Shown: positions 1 through 11,567, counted from the whole stretch's first letter. The stretch is 63,316 nucleotides of DNA, filler included, from Octopus bimaculoides (GCF_001194135.2; 7 parts of 6 records of this genome joined end to end with filler, not necessarily neighbours in it); one strand, 5' to 3'. The notes: a model not told the origin generated them from the sequence alone. Program-made: numbers and translations.

Positions 1-224
1 AACCTGCTTCTCCAACATACTGAGAATTCAGAAATAGCAGCCAAAGAACTACTGATTCCAAAACTACAAACCATTACTCTAAATTGATAGCGATATTTTT
101 GATACACACAGAACAAAAAACAAAAAAAATATCGCTATGAATTTAGAGTAATAATTTGTAGTTTTGGAATCAGTAGTTCTTTGGCTGCTATTTCTGAATT
201 CTCAGTATGTTGGAGAAGCAGGTT
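1..224. repeat. Near-perfect palindrome, probable young foldback MITE (left end at or beyond the window edge)
   Basis: Positions 1-100 pair with 224-125 with only 3 mismatches (71, 72, 86), around a 24-nt loop. Confidence 0.9.
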
Positions 225-250
225 ACTGTCAATCCCTATATATTTATGAT

Positions 251-307
<57 letters not shown>

Positions 308-400
308 AGAGAGAGAGAGAGAAAAAGAGAGAGAGAGAGCTAAATAGACAGACAGACAGTATAAACATAAGTATAATGTAGACATGACATTAAATAATAC

Positions 401-489
401 CTGCTTGCTATGGGATATAATCTTAGTGTTTCTGAGAGACACTGACTGAGGTATGTTAACTTTTGAATACTGTTGTAGTCAGGTGTTTC
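401..489 (-). CDS. Clan-3 cytochrome P450, K-helix exon
   Basis: Acceptor tatttttcag| and donor AG|gtatta. The 89 nt encode ETPDYNSIQKLTYLSQCLSETLRLYPIAS plus 2 nt, with the ExxR motif (ETLR). The phase-0 start matches the I-helix exon. The gene continues left of the window. Confidence 0.93.
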
Positions 490-518
490 CTGAAAAATAC
501 ATAAGGACAAAAGAAAGA

Positions 519-556
<38 letters not shown>

Positions 557-807
557 CCATCATCATCGTCATCATTATTATTAAGGCAGAGAGCTGGCAG
601 AATTTGTAGTGCAATGGGGGAAATGCTTATTGGCATTTTGTCTGTCTTTATGTTCTGAGTTCAAATTCTGCCAAGGTTGACTTTGACTGTCATCCTTTCA
701 AGGTTGATAAAATAAGTACCAGCTGCAAACTGGGGTCAATGTAATTGACTTACTCCCCCCTCTGTTATTATTATTATCATTATTATAGACTTCACACAGT
801 ATACAAT

Positions 808-985
808 ATTGTGAGGTTGTTGGTTGAAGATATTGTATGTACTGGGGGTTTGTACTGTTTGTCAAGTCACAACAAGGACCTCATACAGACAGGACTTTAT
901 GCAATACGAGTGCAGTACTGTCTGTCTGAGGTCCTTGTTGCAAGTTGACAAACAGTACAATATCTTCAATCAACAACCTCACAAT
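808..985. repeat. Palindromic MITE-like element in (ATT)n context
   Basis: attgtgaggttgttggttgaagatattgta...caaggacctcatacagacag is the reverse complement of ctgtctgtctgaggtccttgttg...tatcttcaatcaacaacctcacaat, with a ~14-nt insertion in the left arm. Confidence 0.8.
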
Positions 986-1789
986 TATTATTATTATTAT
1001 TAAGGCAGCAAGCTGGTAGAATCATTAGTGCTGGACAAAATGCCTTGCAATATTTGCTCTAGCTCTTTACATTCTGAGTTCAAATCCTGTTGACATCAGT
1101 TTTGCCCTTCATCTTTCTGGGGTTGATAAAACAAAGGACCAGTCAAATGTAGTCAATGTAATTGCCTAACCTCCTCGACAAAGTCCAAGCTGCAGAACTT
1201 GCAGAACTAGAAAGCTGCACGTATTGCACAATGCACTCCACCCTAAAAGCAATACCAACTGACTCTACCTACCAAGAAAGGAAGTTGGTGGATGATCACT
1301 AAACGTAGAAGACACCATTAGTACCATGATACTGGGGCTGAAAAATTATGCAGTATGGAGTAAAGAAAGTATACGCTCAGCAGAAAGAGATGCATTGTGC
1401 CAAGATTGCCTGGTCTTGGGCCAAAATTTAGAGCAATTATTAGAAGTATTAAATCTATAACATGCTTTATTTGTTAGCAAGGATGTTGTCTTGAGGTTTA
1501 ATGACAACAAGCCTCCCTCAAATCCCAAGAATGTTTCTTAGGATTCTGCAGATTGACAATGCAAGTTTCAATTCGAATATCCTTCAGTGTCTTATGTAGC
1601 AGTTTAGATGTTGGACCAAGTGTACTGATTACCACAGGAATAATTGTCATCATCGTCATCATCTCCCACAAATTCTTCTTCTCTGTGGTTAGGTCCTGAC
1701 ACTTCTCGATTTTCTCAATTTCTTTGGTATCCACTCTATTACGATATGGCATTGCAATGTCTATATTTGGTTCTTTTCTCATTTATAAT

Positions 1790-2158
1790 CATAGAAGAGG
1801 TTAAACCAAGACAGTTACATGCCATTATAACCTTCATGGACATCAGCAAAGCCTTTGACAGCATCCATTGTGACAAAATGAAAGATCCTTCTAGCATGTG
1901 ACTTTCCAGAACAACTAGTTCTTGCTATTGCAAAGACTTACAAGAAGACCAGAGCTTGTGTGTTGTCATCTGATTGATAAATGGAATTCTTTCAAATTGT
2001 AGCTGAGGTGTGACAAGGAGGCATGTTTGCACCTTACCTATTTGCAATTATATTGAATTATGCAAAATGGCAAGCTATAGGCATCAGTGATGAAGACCAG
2101 CAAAAAATGCAGAGAGTACCAGCAGTAAATTGTTACAGACCTGGACTTTGCAGATGAT
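1790..2158 (+). mobile_element. RTE-clade LINE reverse-transcriptase remnant
   Basis: Disrupted reading: FMDISKAFDSIH...V*QGGMFAPYLF...VTDLDFADD (KAFD, QG and FADD motifs). Confidence 0.85.
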
Positions 2159-2159
2159 A

Positions 2160-2262
2160 GAATTTCTCTGGAAATTTCATAAAATCCCAATTTTTTATTC
2201 TCTTTCATACCTTCTGGCGTGTGTTCATACCACTTTTCTGTTACATTGAATCCACACACTTG
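2160..2262 (-). mobile_element. Short R4/Dong-type LINE C-terminal remnant
   Basis: CGFNVTEKWYEHTPEGMKENKK...WDF matches the WYEH-PE-EN-KILWDF motif seen in the 36.5-37.3 kb copy. Confidence 0.6.
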
Positions 2263-2508
2263 CTTAACATCCCTAGGCTCTCTTTTAATGACAAAGTCGT
2301 AATTATGTTTATACTCATTTTGTGCTAGCTTACTGCATTTGCTATCTGACTGAATTAGAAATGTTCTTACATAAAAATCAAAGTGAATGTGCTAATTAAA
2401 TACAAACATTTTAAAATGAAAGGTTTTGTGTTTTAAAATCAGCAGGCCTCAAAGGATTGGTAACAAAAAACAGTTGAAAGATAAAAGGGGGCTAGAAGGG
2501 TTACTGAC

Positions 2509-2666
2509 CTTTCCAATGACTGATTGAATTTCCTCATGCACTTTATCTTGGATGTCTTGGTGTAAGGCTAAAAGATAGGCCATAAAAGACAGTGCGGTTG
2601 CTGTTGTCTCATAGCCAGCCAAAAAGAAAATGGTGCTCTGTGCAATGATTTCTTCATCGGTTAATT
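2509..2666 (-). CDS. Clan-3 cytochrome P450, I-helix exon
   Basis: Acceptor ttttgttag| and donor AAG|gtcagt. The 158 nt are 2 nt plus LTDEEIIAQSTIFFLAGYETTATALSFMAYLLALHQDIQDKVHEEIQSVIGK, containing the I-helix oxygen-binding motif AGYETT. Confidence 0.95.
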
Positions 2667-2800
2667 CTAACAAAAGAAAATATAAAAATGAGAAAATAAA
2701 TTTTTTTTAAAAATCAAAATTTGTAAAATTCATTTCAAGATTTTGTTTATTTCCCAGTCAGTAATTGTGAGCATGGAAAAGTGGATGGTGATGGTGATGG

Positions 2801-2831
<31 letters not shown>

Positions 2832-3799
2832 GATGGTGATGATGGTGATGATGATGGTGATGATGATGATAATGAAGGGGCAGCGGTGACATGAAATAAA
2901 CATGCAAGTGACTGAGTACACCACAGCCTGTCCCCAGTTACCACTACCTTTGGTAGCATGGCCTCTTCCAGAGCTCACAGCCTCCTTGAAGCTACCTCAA
3001 CTGCCTCCACAGCAAACCTGATGGCCTACTGACCCCTATCATGACAAATATTTTGTAAGCATTATACATATATGTACATAGGCACTGGCATGGCTGTGGT
3101 AAGAAGCTTGCTTCCCAATCTGATGATTCCGGGTTCAGTCCCACTGCGTGGCACCTTGGGGAAGAGTCTTCTTTTATAGCCTTGAGGCTGGGGCTTGATC
3201 AAACTTGGATGGGTCACCTAGGTGAGAGGATTTGATGTTGAAAAAAACCTGAAACACCAAAAGACCCCAGGAAATATCGTTGATGATGCGTCCTGGTTAA
3301 TCGTAGGATGACATATAGAAAAACTATCTGCACATACATATATAGACACACACACACACACATAGATGCACAAACACACACACATATACATATACACACG
3401 CCCATATATATAACATATACACACACATGGGCTTCCACACAGTTTCCATCTCCCAAATCCACTAACAAGTTATTAGTAGGCCCAAAGCTATAGCAGAAGA
3501 CATCTGCTCAAAGTGCCACACAAGTGGGACTGTAGTTTGAGGGAACTGTAATGTGAAGGACAAAATACAGTTCACCTGCCTCTCAGTGTCTGCTGTCCAG
3601 CTGTGTTAAATCCAAGACATGCCCTACCTGTCTCACCTATTGCTAGTAGCTACTTACCCTTGCATCCACATGCATCCATTCGCCACAAAGGGGACCATGC
3701 TGGTCCTACTTCTCTCACTTCCTCGCTCGCTCTTTCTCTTTTAGTGGGGCCCCTTGGCCATTGACATCACTACCCTTTCCTTTCAGTTCACCTTTATTT

Positions 3800-4232
3800 A
3801 AATAACCTCCTACATTTGCCAGAGCAGTTGTCTGGCTTCCGTGCCGGTGGCACGTAAATAGCACCATTTGAGCGTGATCGTTACCAACGTCGCCTTCCAG
3901 GTACTTGTGCCGGTGGCACGTGAAAAGACATTTGAGCGAGATCATTGCCAGTGCCGCTGGACTGACTCCTGTACAGGTGGCACGTAAAATACACCATTTC
4001 AAGCATGGCCATTGTCAGTACCACCTGACTGGCCTTCGTGCCGGTGGCACGTAAAAGCACCCACTACACTCTGTGAGTGGTTGGCGTTAGGAAGGGCATC
4101 CAGCTGTAGAAACTCTGCCAAATCAGATTGGAACCTGATGTAGCCATCTGGTTCACCAGTCCTCAGTCAAATCGTCCAACCCATGCTAGCATGGAAAGCA
4201 GACGTTAAATGATGATGATGATGATAATGATA
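3800..4232 (+). mobile_element. SINE family C (tandem gtggcacgtaaa subunits, conserved ...aggaagggcatccagctgtagaaac... body, (GAT)n tail). Other copies at ~4720-4860+, 5595-6056+, 9620-9810-, 10085-10410+, 15290-15485+, 23950-24080-
   Basis: The same ~170-nt body ending cccatgctagcatggaaagcggacgttaaa(tga)n recurs at all the listed sites. Confidence 0.85.
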
Positions 4233-4324
4233 ATAAATATACTCTATTCATACTGGGCTTCTTTTCTTCTCCACGCCATGCCAACAACATATGGACATTT
4301 TTAAAACAACAGAGTTATACTTAC

Positions 4325-4502
4325 TTCTCTTAATTAACTTCGTAGGTACTGGAACATCATCATTTGTTGCATCACCATTCATTATATCACCATTGTTTGC
4401 ACCACCATTCTTCACATCACCATTCTTGGCATTCTTTTCGGGTTGTTCTTTGGTAAAATCATTTTGTTGATCAATCATCATTTGCAGAAGATCTTGCCTG
4501 AC
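4325..4502 (-). CDS. Clan-3 cytochrome P450, internal exon (H-helix and H-I loop; equivalent of CYP3A4 exon 9)
   Basis: Acceptor ttaatag| and donor A|gtaagt. The 178 nt encode VRQDLLQMMIDQQNDFTKEQ...PTKLIKR plus 1 nt. 'DLLQMMIDQQ' resembles the CYP3 'DFLQLMIDSQ' motif, and the phase-1 end joins the AA at the start of the next exon. Confidence 0.88.
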
Positions 4503-4954
4503 CTATTAAACAGAAAAATTACGAAGAGAAAAATGAATAAAGGAAAAAATTATAATTCAATGAAAGTTGTACAGGCATACATAGAATGGTAAGTAGATGG
4601 ATATACCATAAGGAGTTCTAATACTGCCAAGATCAAATTTGCATTTCACCATTTCAGGGTCACAAAATAAAATGTTAGTCCTTTACTGGGGTCATTCATT
4701 CTCTTTCTGTCTGTCTTTTCTTTTTTTACAGCATTCAGCTGTAAAAAATCCTGCCAAAACAGTCACAGAAGTCTGGTGCAGGCTTCTGCCTGGCCGGTTC
4801 CCGTCAAATCATCCCACCCATGCCAGCATGGAAGCTGGACATTAAACAACGATGATGTTTGCTGTGTGTGTGTGTGTGTGTGTGTGTCTGTCTTACTTAT
4901 GGCATGAAGTAAAAAAATGTTCACTTTAAAAGAAAATAAAACACTGAACTTTAC

Positions 4955-5076
4955 CTGGCCACTAGCTTGTTTCCGATCTGCCAAGATTTTCTTGCATAAA
5001 TCATAAAAGAATCTTCTTGATCGAGTTGAAAGCATTCGTGTGTATAACAGGAACTTGAAAAACGTACGTGAAATAA
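4955..5076 (-). CDS. Clan-3 (CYP3A-like) cytochrome P450, internal exon (F/G-helix region; equivalent of CYP3A4 exon 8)
   Basis: Acceptor ctttgtag| at 5077-5078 and donor CAG|gtaaag at 4953-4954. The 122 nt are 2 nt plus ISRTFFKFLLYTRMLSTRSRRFFYDLCKKILADRKQASGQ, ending in phase 0, which matches the next exon. Confidence 0.75.
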
Positions 5077-5510
5077 CTACAAAGATACGAAAGAACAAAG
5101 TGTTTAACTGATAGTNNNNNNNNNNNNNNNNNNNNNNNNNNNNNNNNNNNNNNNNNNNNNNNNNNNNNNNNNNNNNNNNNNNNNNNNNNNNNNNNNNNNN
5201 NNNNNNNNNNNNNNNNNNNNNNNNNNNNNNNNNNNNNNNNNNNNNNNNNNNNNNNNNNNNNNNNNNNNNNNNNNNNNNNNNNNNNNNNNNNNNNNNNNNN
5301 NNNNNNNNNNNNNNNNNNNNNNNNNNNNNNNNNNNNNNNNNNNNNNNNNNNNNNNNNNNNNNNNNNNNNNNNNNNNNNNNNNNNNNNNNNNNNNNNNNNN
5401 NNNNNNNNNNNNNNNNNNNNNNNNNNNNNNNNNNNNNNNNNNNNNNNNNNNNNNNNNNNNNNNNNNNNNNNNNNNNNNNNNNNNNNNNNNNNNNNNNNNN
5501 NNNNNNNNNN

Positions 5511-5558
<48 letters not shown>

Positions 5559-6959
5559 CACATAAATCGTAATCAAAATCACAATTGAACCATACTCGAT
5601 GACTGGTCACCGTGCCAGTGGAGGACTAACAGCACTGTCCAAGCATGATCATTGACAGAGTAGCTGTCTGGCTTCCATGCTAGTGGCCCGTAAATAGCAC
5701 CATTAGAGCATAATCGTTACCAGCATTGCCTTCTAGCACTTGTGTTGGTGGCACGTTAGAAAATCATTCGAGCGAGGTCGTTGCCAGTGCCACTGGACTG
5801 GCTCCCATGCAGGTGGCACGTAAAAAACACCTTTTTGAGTGTGGCCATTGTCAGTACCGTGTAACTGGCCCTCATGCCGGTGGCATGTAAAAACACCCAC
5901 TACACTCTCAGAGTGGTTGGCGTTAGGAAGGGCATCCAGCTGTAGAAACGCTGCCAGATCAGATTGGAGCCTGGTGCAGCCTTCTGGCTTGCCAGTCCTC
6001 AGTCAAATCGTCCAACCCATGCTAGCATGGAAAGCGGACATTAAACGTTGATAATGATACACACACAGTAAAATCAGATAAGTTAAACATTCACTTGACT
6101 CAAAGTAAATTAGTGTCCCATCAATATAATAATAGTTTATAGCCACTCTTGTTGTATGGAAGTGTAAAGAGAACTTGAGTCAAGTGCACACATCAGACTT
6201 TTTTTGCTATTATAATTTAGTAATACTCTGTTACATACAAACTGTACAGTAACAAGGACGTATTATCGAGAATCACAAACGGAAGTTAGTAAACATAATT
6301 CATGTTTACTGCTCAAGTGTTTTTGAAAACACAAATGAGTTGAAACATGATATTCATATGATTCTGAGAGGATTACAATGTGTAGTAGCCATATGATTTG
6401 ATAGTGAATTTGTTTCACAGTAGCACAACTCTTCATAGCATTACATTAAATTATAACAGTGCTATTATTTTGACTCCGTTCCTATAATTTACTTTGTTCA
6501 ATTCACATTGAAATTTCTAGTTTGTTTCAGTTTATCTCTTCAAGCTTCTAGAATATATTCTGTTCTTTAGTTCATGTAACAACTTTTTAAAATATCTAAA
6601 TTTTGAGTTCAAGCGTTTTGTACCCAAAACTTGCCAAAACATAAATTTTTAAAAGTAAAATCTGGTAAAATAGACTTCTCATTAGTTTTAATTTATGCAG
6701 ATAAGAATGTTTATCATGAGTGTGTTTTTTTTTTACAATACTTGGTATTGATTTTTTGTATATTGCAGTAATATTGATAATATCAAGCTGTACAAACATC
6801 CTTTTGAGAATTTTACTAAGCAGTTTGATAATCTTTGCAGACTTACGGTATGATATAATCGTGTGCACTGGACTCTAAGTTTTTTGATTAGTCTCAAAGT
6901 GATACTTTTCATAAATCGAATATAGCTTTCATTAAAAGAAAACTCACTGCACACAAAAT

Positions 6960-7665
6960 ACAAATCAAATACTGAGCCATTATGGAAACTGAAAAAGGCA
7001 AAAAAAAAAAAAAAAACCAGAAGTTGCCAGACACTTTGAAATACCTCTTAACACACTGTCAATGTGGATAAAAAATTATCTGCCAAAATCAAAGAAACCT
7101 ACCAGAATAGTAGTTTAGAATGCAAGAGAATTCATTTCTGCAAATATCCAGACGTTGAAGAAGCACCACTTTTGTGGTTTCAGAATGCCTGATCTCAGAA
7201 TATCCTAATATCTGGGCCTGTTTTGCAGGCAAAAGCACTCAAACTGGTGAAGAATCTTCAACACCCAGATTTCAACTGTAGTGAAGGATGGCTTAATTGC
7301 TTCAAAGAACACTATAACATAACTTTTAAAACTATTTATGAGGAATCTAACAGCGCTGAAGATAAACAACTAGATACAGGTACACCATTACACTACCAAC
7401 TCTATTTGTGAAGTAGTGGCCCAATGAAATCTACAATGCAGACGAATTTGGACGTTTTTACAAATTGCTAACATCCAAACCACTAATACTTAAAGGGGAA
7501 CAATGTAATGGTGGAAAACTCTCAAAACACAGAATCACAATCTTACCATGCACTAACATGACCGGCATCCACAAACTTCTATTGTTCATTATTGGAAAAT
7601 CATTCAATCCCAGGTGCTTCAAAGGCATCAAAACACTACTGATAGAGTACACTGCAAACAGTTGA
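6960..7665 (+). mobile_element. Tigger/pogo transposase remnant (CENP-B-type HTH plus start of the DDE domain), 3'-truncated
   Basis: With frameshifts and stops it reads EVARHFEIPLNTLSMWIKN...YPDVEEAPLLWFQNA*SQNILISGPVLQAKA...FNCSEGWLNCFK...IYNADEFGRFYK...GGKLSKHRIT...GKSFNPRCFKG. Confidence 0.92.
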
Positions 7666-7669
7666 GTTG

Positions 7670-7843
7670 AGTGCTTGACAGTTGTCAAGCAATGCACTTG
7701 AAAGTTGTCAAGCAATGCACTTGACAGTTGTCAAGCAATGCACTTGACAGTTGTCAAGCAATGCACTTGACAGTTGTCAAGCAATGCACTTGACAGTTGT
7801 CAAGCAATGCACTTGACAGTTGGTCAAAGCATTGTCAAGCACT
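7670..7843. repeat. 23-bp tandem minisatellite (cttgacagttgtcaagcaatgca) x6 plus a partial unit, bounded by an 11-bp inverted repeat
   Basis: Units start at 7674, 7697, 7720, 7743, 7766 and 7789. agtgcttgaca (7670-7680) is the reverse complement of tgtcaagcact (7833-7843). Confidence 0.92.
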
Positions 7844-9196
7844 TTACTGTCAGTCAATACATTTTGAAATCTGATGATTACTACTTGAACTAATGGAACT
7901 TTATGAACATTACAAAATATTTTTTNNNNNNNNNNNNNNNNNNNNNNNNNNNNNNNNNNNNNNNNNNNNNNNNNNNNNNNNNNNNNNNNNNNNNNNNNNN
8001 NNNNNNNNNNNNNNNNNNNNNNNNNNNNNNNNNNNNNNNNNNNNNNNNNNNNNNNNNNNNNNNNNNNNNNNNNNNNNNNNNNNNNNNNNNNNNNNNNNNN
8101 NNNNNNNNNNNNNNNNNNNNNNNNNNNNNNNNNNNNNNNNNNNNNNNNNNNNNNNNNNNNNNNNNNNNNNNNNNNNNNNNNNNNNNNNNNNNNNNNNNNN
8201 NNNNNNNNNNNNNNNNNNNNNNNNNNNNNNNNNNNNNNNNNNNNNNNNNNNNNNNNNNNNNNNNNNNNNNNNNNNNNNNNNNNNNNNNNNNNNNNNNNNN
8301 NNNNNNNNNNNNNNNNNNNNNNNNNNNNNNNNNNNNNNNNNNNNNNNNNNNNNNNNNNNNNNNNNNNNNNNNNNNNNNNNNNNNNNNNTATATATTGTTT
8401 ATGTCGTACGAATTCAGAAATTCAGAGAACAAGAAATAATTTATTTTTAATGATGAAACTTGAAGTAGGTTAATCTATAAAAACTACAATGGATTGTTAA
8501 ACCAATATTTATACACTACTTTTTATAGCTTTATCGACTTTGAGTTCCACCATTAAAAAAAAAGGCAAGTAATAAATGCTTATACATACATACGTATATA
8601 TACAAACATGGCTGTGTGGTAAGAAGCTTGCCTCCCAACCACATGTTTCCGGGTTGAGTCCCACTTCATGGCACCTTAGGCAAGTGTCTTCTACTATAGC
8701 CTTGGGCTGACCAAAGCCTTGTGAGTGGATTTGGTTGACGGAAACTAAAAGAAGCCCGTGTGTGTGTGTGTGTATCTGTGCTTGTCCCCACCACCATCGT
8801 GTGACAACCGATGTTGGTGCGTTTACGTTCCTGTAACTTAGCGGTTCAGTAAAAGAGACTGATAAGATAAATATTAGGCTTACAAAGAATAAGTACTGGG
8901 GTTGAATTGTTCGACTAAAGGCGGTGCTCCAGCATGGCCACAGTCAAATGACTGCAATAAGTAAAAGAATATATATATATGTATGTATGTATATGCTAGT
9001 TCATTGGCAAACAAACTCTCATACAAGCAACATGGACTAAAAACTCCCTAAGAAAATACAAAATTGCAATATTTTCCGTAATTTCATTGTGATGAGGAGT
9101 AAAATGTGAAACTATCCTAATATTCTATCCTTTAAAATGTATTCAAAATATATAAATTGAATGTATTTTCTTTCTTTTGTTATATATTTTTTCACT

Positions 9197-9296
9197 NNNN
9201 NNNNNNNNNNNNNNNNNNNNNNNNNNNNNNNNNNNNNNNNTTAATTAATTAANNNNNNNNNNNNNNNNNNNNNNNNNNNNNNNNNNNNNNNNNNNN
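9197..9296. other. Artificial 100-bp scaffold spacer (44N-TTAATTAATTAA-44N). Also at 29685-29784, 56097-56196, 57691-57790, 60171-60270 and 62128-62227
   Basis: The identical structure occurs six times, and the 12-mer puts stop codons in all six frames. Confidence 0.95.
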
Positions 9297-9529
9297 TGTT
9301 TGCCAAGGGAGTTATCCCTCTCACCACGACCAGCAGCACGAACGTATCCGGATTTCAGGGTTATTTCCCTTCTTCGGCGTTCGACAGCTGATGACCTTGG
9401 AGGAGATGTCCTCCTGGGGCTAAAAGCAACAGTAACATCCACCCCTAGGGGTCAGCCACACTTAAGTGGCAATATACTACACTTTATCGTGCAGTTACTG
9501 TTAATACTTCATTTAGAGAATTAACATTG

Positions 9530-9584
<55 letters not shown>

Positions 9585-9873
9585 ATGCATATACATATGA
9601 ATAAATAAACATATATATATCATCATCATCATCATCGTTTAACGTCCGTTTTCCATACTGGCATGTGTTGGCCGATTTGACTGAAGTCTGTAGAACCAGC
9701 GGGTGTACCAAGCTCCAGTATGATCTGGTACTGTTTCTGCAGCTGGATGCCCTTCCTAACACCAACCACTCCGAGAGTGTAGTAGGTGCTTTTTCTGTGC
9801 CACCAGTACAGGAGCCATATTTATACAAACACATATATGATTATATATATATATACGTATATATGATATAATA

Positions 9874-9982
9874 CTAGGTCGAGGAAAAAGTTTGTGCACT
9901 GTGTTAAAACAAAAACACACACCACAAAAATATATAAGAAAAGCATTATTTTCACATGGCGCACGAACTTTTCCCTCAACCT

Positions 9983-9984
<2 letters not shown>
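9874..9984. mobile_element. Mariner-type MITE (~111 bp)
   Basis: Imperfect ~26-bp TIRs ctaggtcgaggaaaaagtttgtgcac / gcgcacgaacttttccctcaacctaa in TA-rich flanks. Confidence 0.7.
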
Positions 9985-10024
<40 letters not shown>

Positions 10025-10524
10025 TATGTATATATGTATATAATATAATATATACATATAATATAATATAATATAATACATACATGCATAAAAAAAAAGC
10101 ACTATCGGAACACGATTGATGCCAGTGCCCCCTGAGTGGCTCCTGTGCCAGAGGCATGTAAAAAGCACTATCTGAATGCAGTCAAGGCCAGTGCCCCCTG
10201 ATTGGCTCCCGTGCCAGCAGAACATAAAAAGCACCCACTACACTCTCAAAGTGGTTGGTGTTAGGAAGGGCATCCAGCTACAGAAACATTGCCAGATCAA
10301 GTTGGAGCCTAGTGCAGCCGCTGGCTTTCCATACCTCAGTCAAACCGTCCAACCCATGCCACCATGGAAAACAGATGTTAAACGATGATAATGATGATGA
10401 TGATGATGACGACGGTGGTGTATATATAGTTTATAGCTTAGAAACAGGTGTTTTCCATATAGAAAATACTTTGAAGTGCTCAAGTGATTTCAACTTGAGC
10501 CGGTAGGTGATTAAATGTTATATA

Positions 10525-10650
10525 CAGGGTGTCCACAAAGTCTAGGTACACGGGATTAACACATACTTCAAGAAATTATTATTTCTTAAATTTAGTTGTT
10601 TATGTTATGATTTTATTTACTCCATGTACCCAGACCTTGTGGACACCCTG
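10525..10650. mobile_element. Tc1-type MITE (126 bp) with TA target duplication
   Basis: TA|cagggtgtccacaaagtctaggtacacgg ... ccatgtacccagaccttgtggacaccctg|TA. Confidence 0.88.
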
Positions 10651-10701
10651 TATATGTATGTATATATNNNNNNNNNNNNNNNNNNNNNNNNNNNNNNNNN
10701 N

Positions 10702-10745
<44 letters not shown>

Positions 10746-11533
10746 AAACTACATTGACAAGTAATGTCAATCTTTCTCTTAGACAGAGGGATTAGCATGC
10801 ATTGGATAGATATTTGGAATTGTGATTCTTAAGTGTAACATAGAATATATGGCAAGCAATCCATATGCTATCCTTAGGAGTGTGGCTGGCTCCTTCACTT
10901 CTGTGTGTATTTCAATGTCGGTTGTTAGGTCTCTTTTATGTTATAGTAATGTAAGAAGTCATAGGTGTGTGGTTACTTTTGTTTTATATATTTCCTTTGT
11001 TTTGTCAGTGAGCATGTGTCACGAGAGTATTGCTTGAAAAGTGCCAAGTAATTGTTTAAAACGTTCAGGAATGAGCTAAAATATTGCCAAAACCTTATCT
11101 TTTTGTCGCTGTTTATCAAATCAATTACAAACCACTCAAGGATCTTCTGTGATTCGAAGCCAAATGTATCTGAATGTGCCATCAGTCAGATTGTCAAAGA
11201 AGTTGACTTTTCAACATATGCAATTAAGCATACTGTCTTCTTAATAAAGCATGTAAAGCATGTTAGATAAAACCTCTTTGATGGTATTTGGATATCTTTC
11301 AATGATTATAGAAACAGATGTATCTCTTCAACTGTCTGTTCCTTATCTATAGATAGCACTTGATAATGTTTGAAACAATCATGAATGTAGATGTAGAAAT
11401 GAATGAAAATAAGACTTAATACATGTGAAAATCAAATGTGTTTATTAAGGCACTTAATTTCCATTACTTGTGTAATATATATAAGTATGTATGTATGTAT
11501 GTATGTATGTATGTATGTATGTATGTATGTTTG

Positions 11534-11567
<34 letters not shown>

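Noticed and set aside
9241-9252. Recurring TTAATTAATTAA motif
   Set aside because: It is always centred in 44N+44N, so it is an assembly linker, not biology.
9388-9427. CTGATGA followed by a strong hairpin (GGAGGA-GATG-TCCTCC)
   Set aside because: The hairpin is followed by CTAAAAG, not GAAA, and stems I and III cannot be formed.
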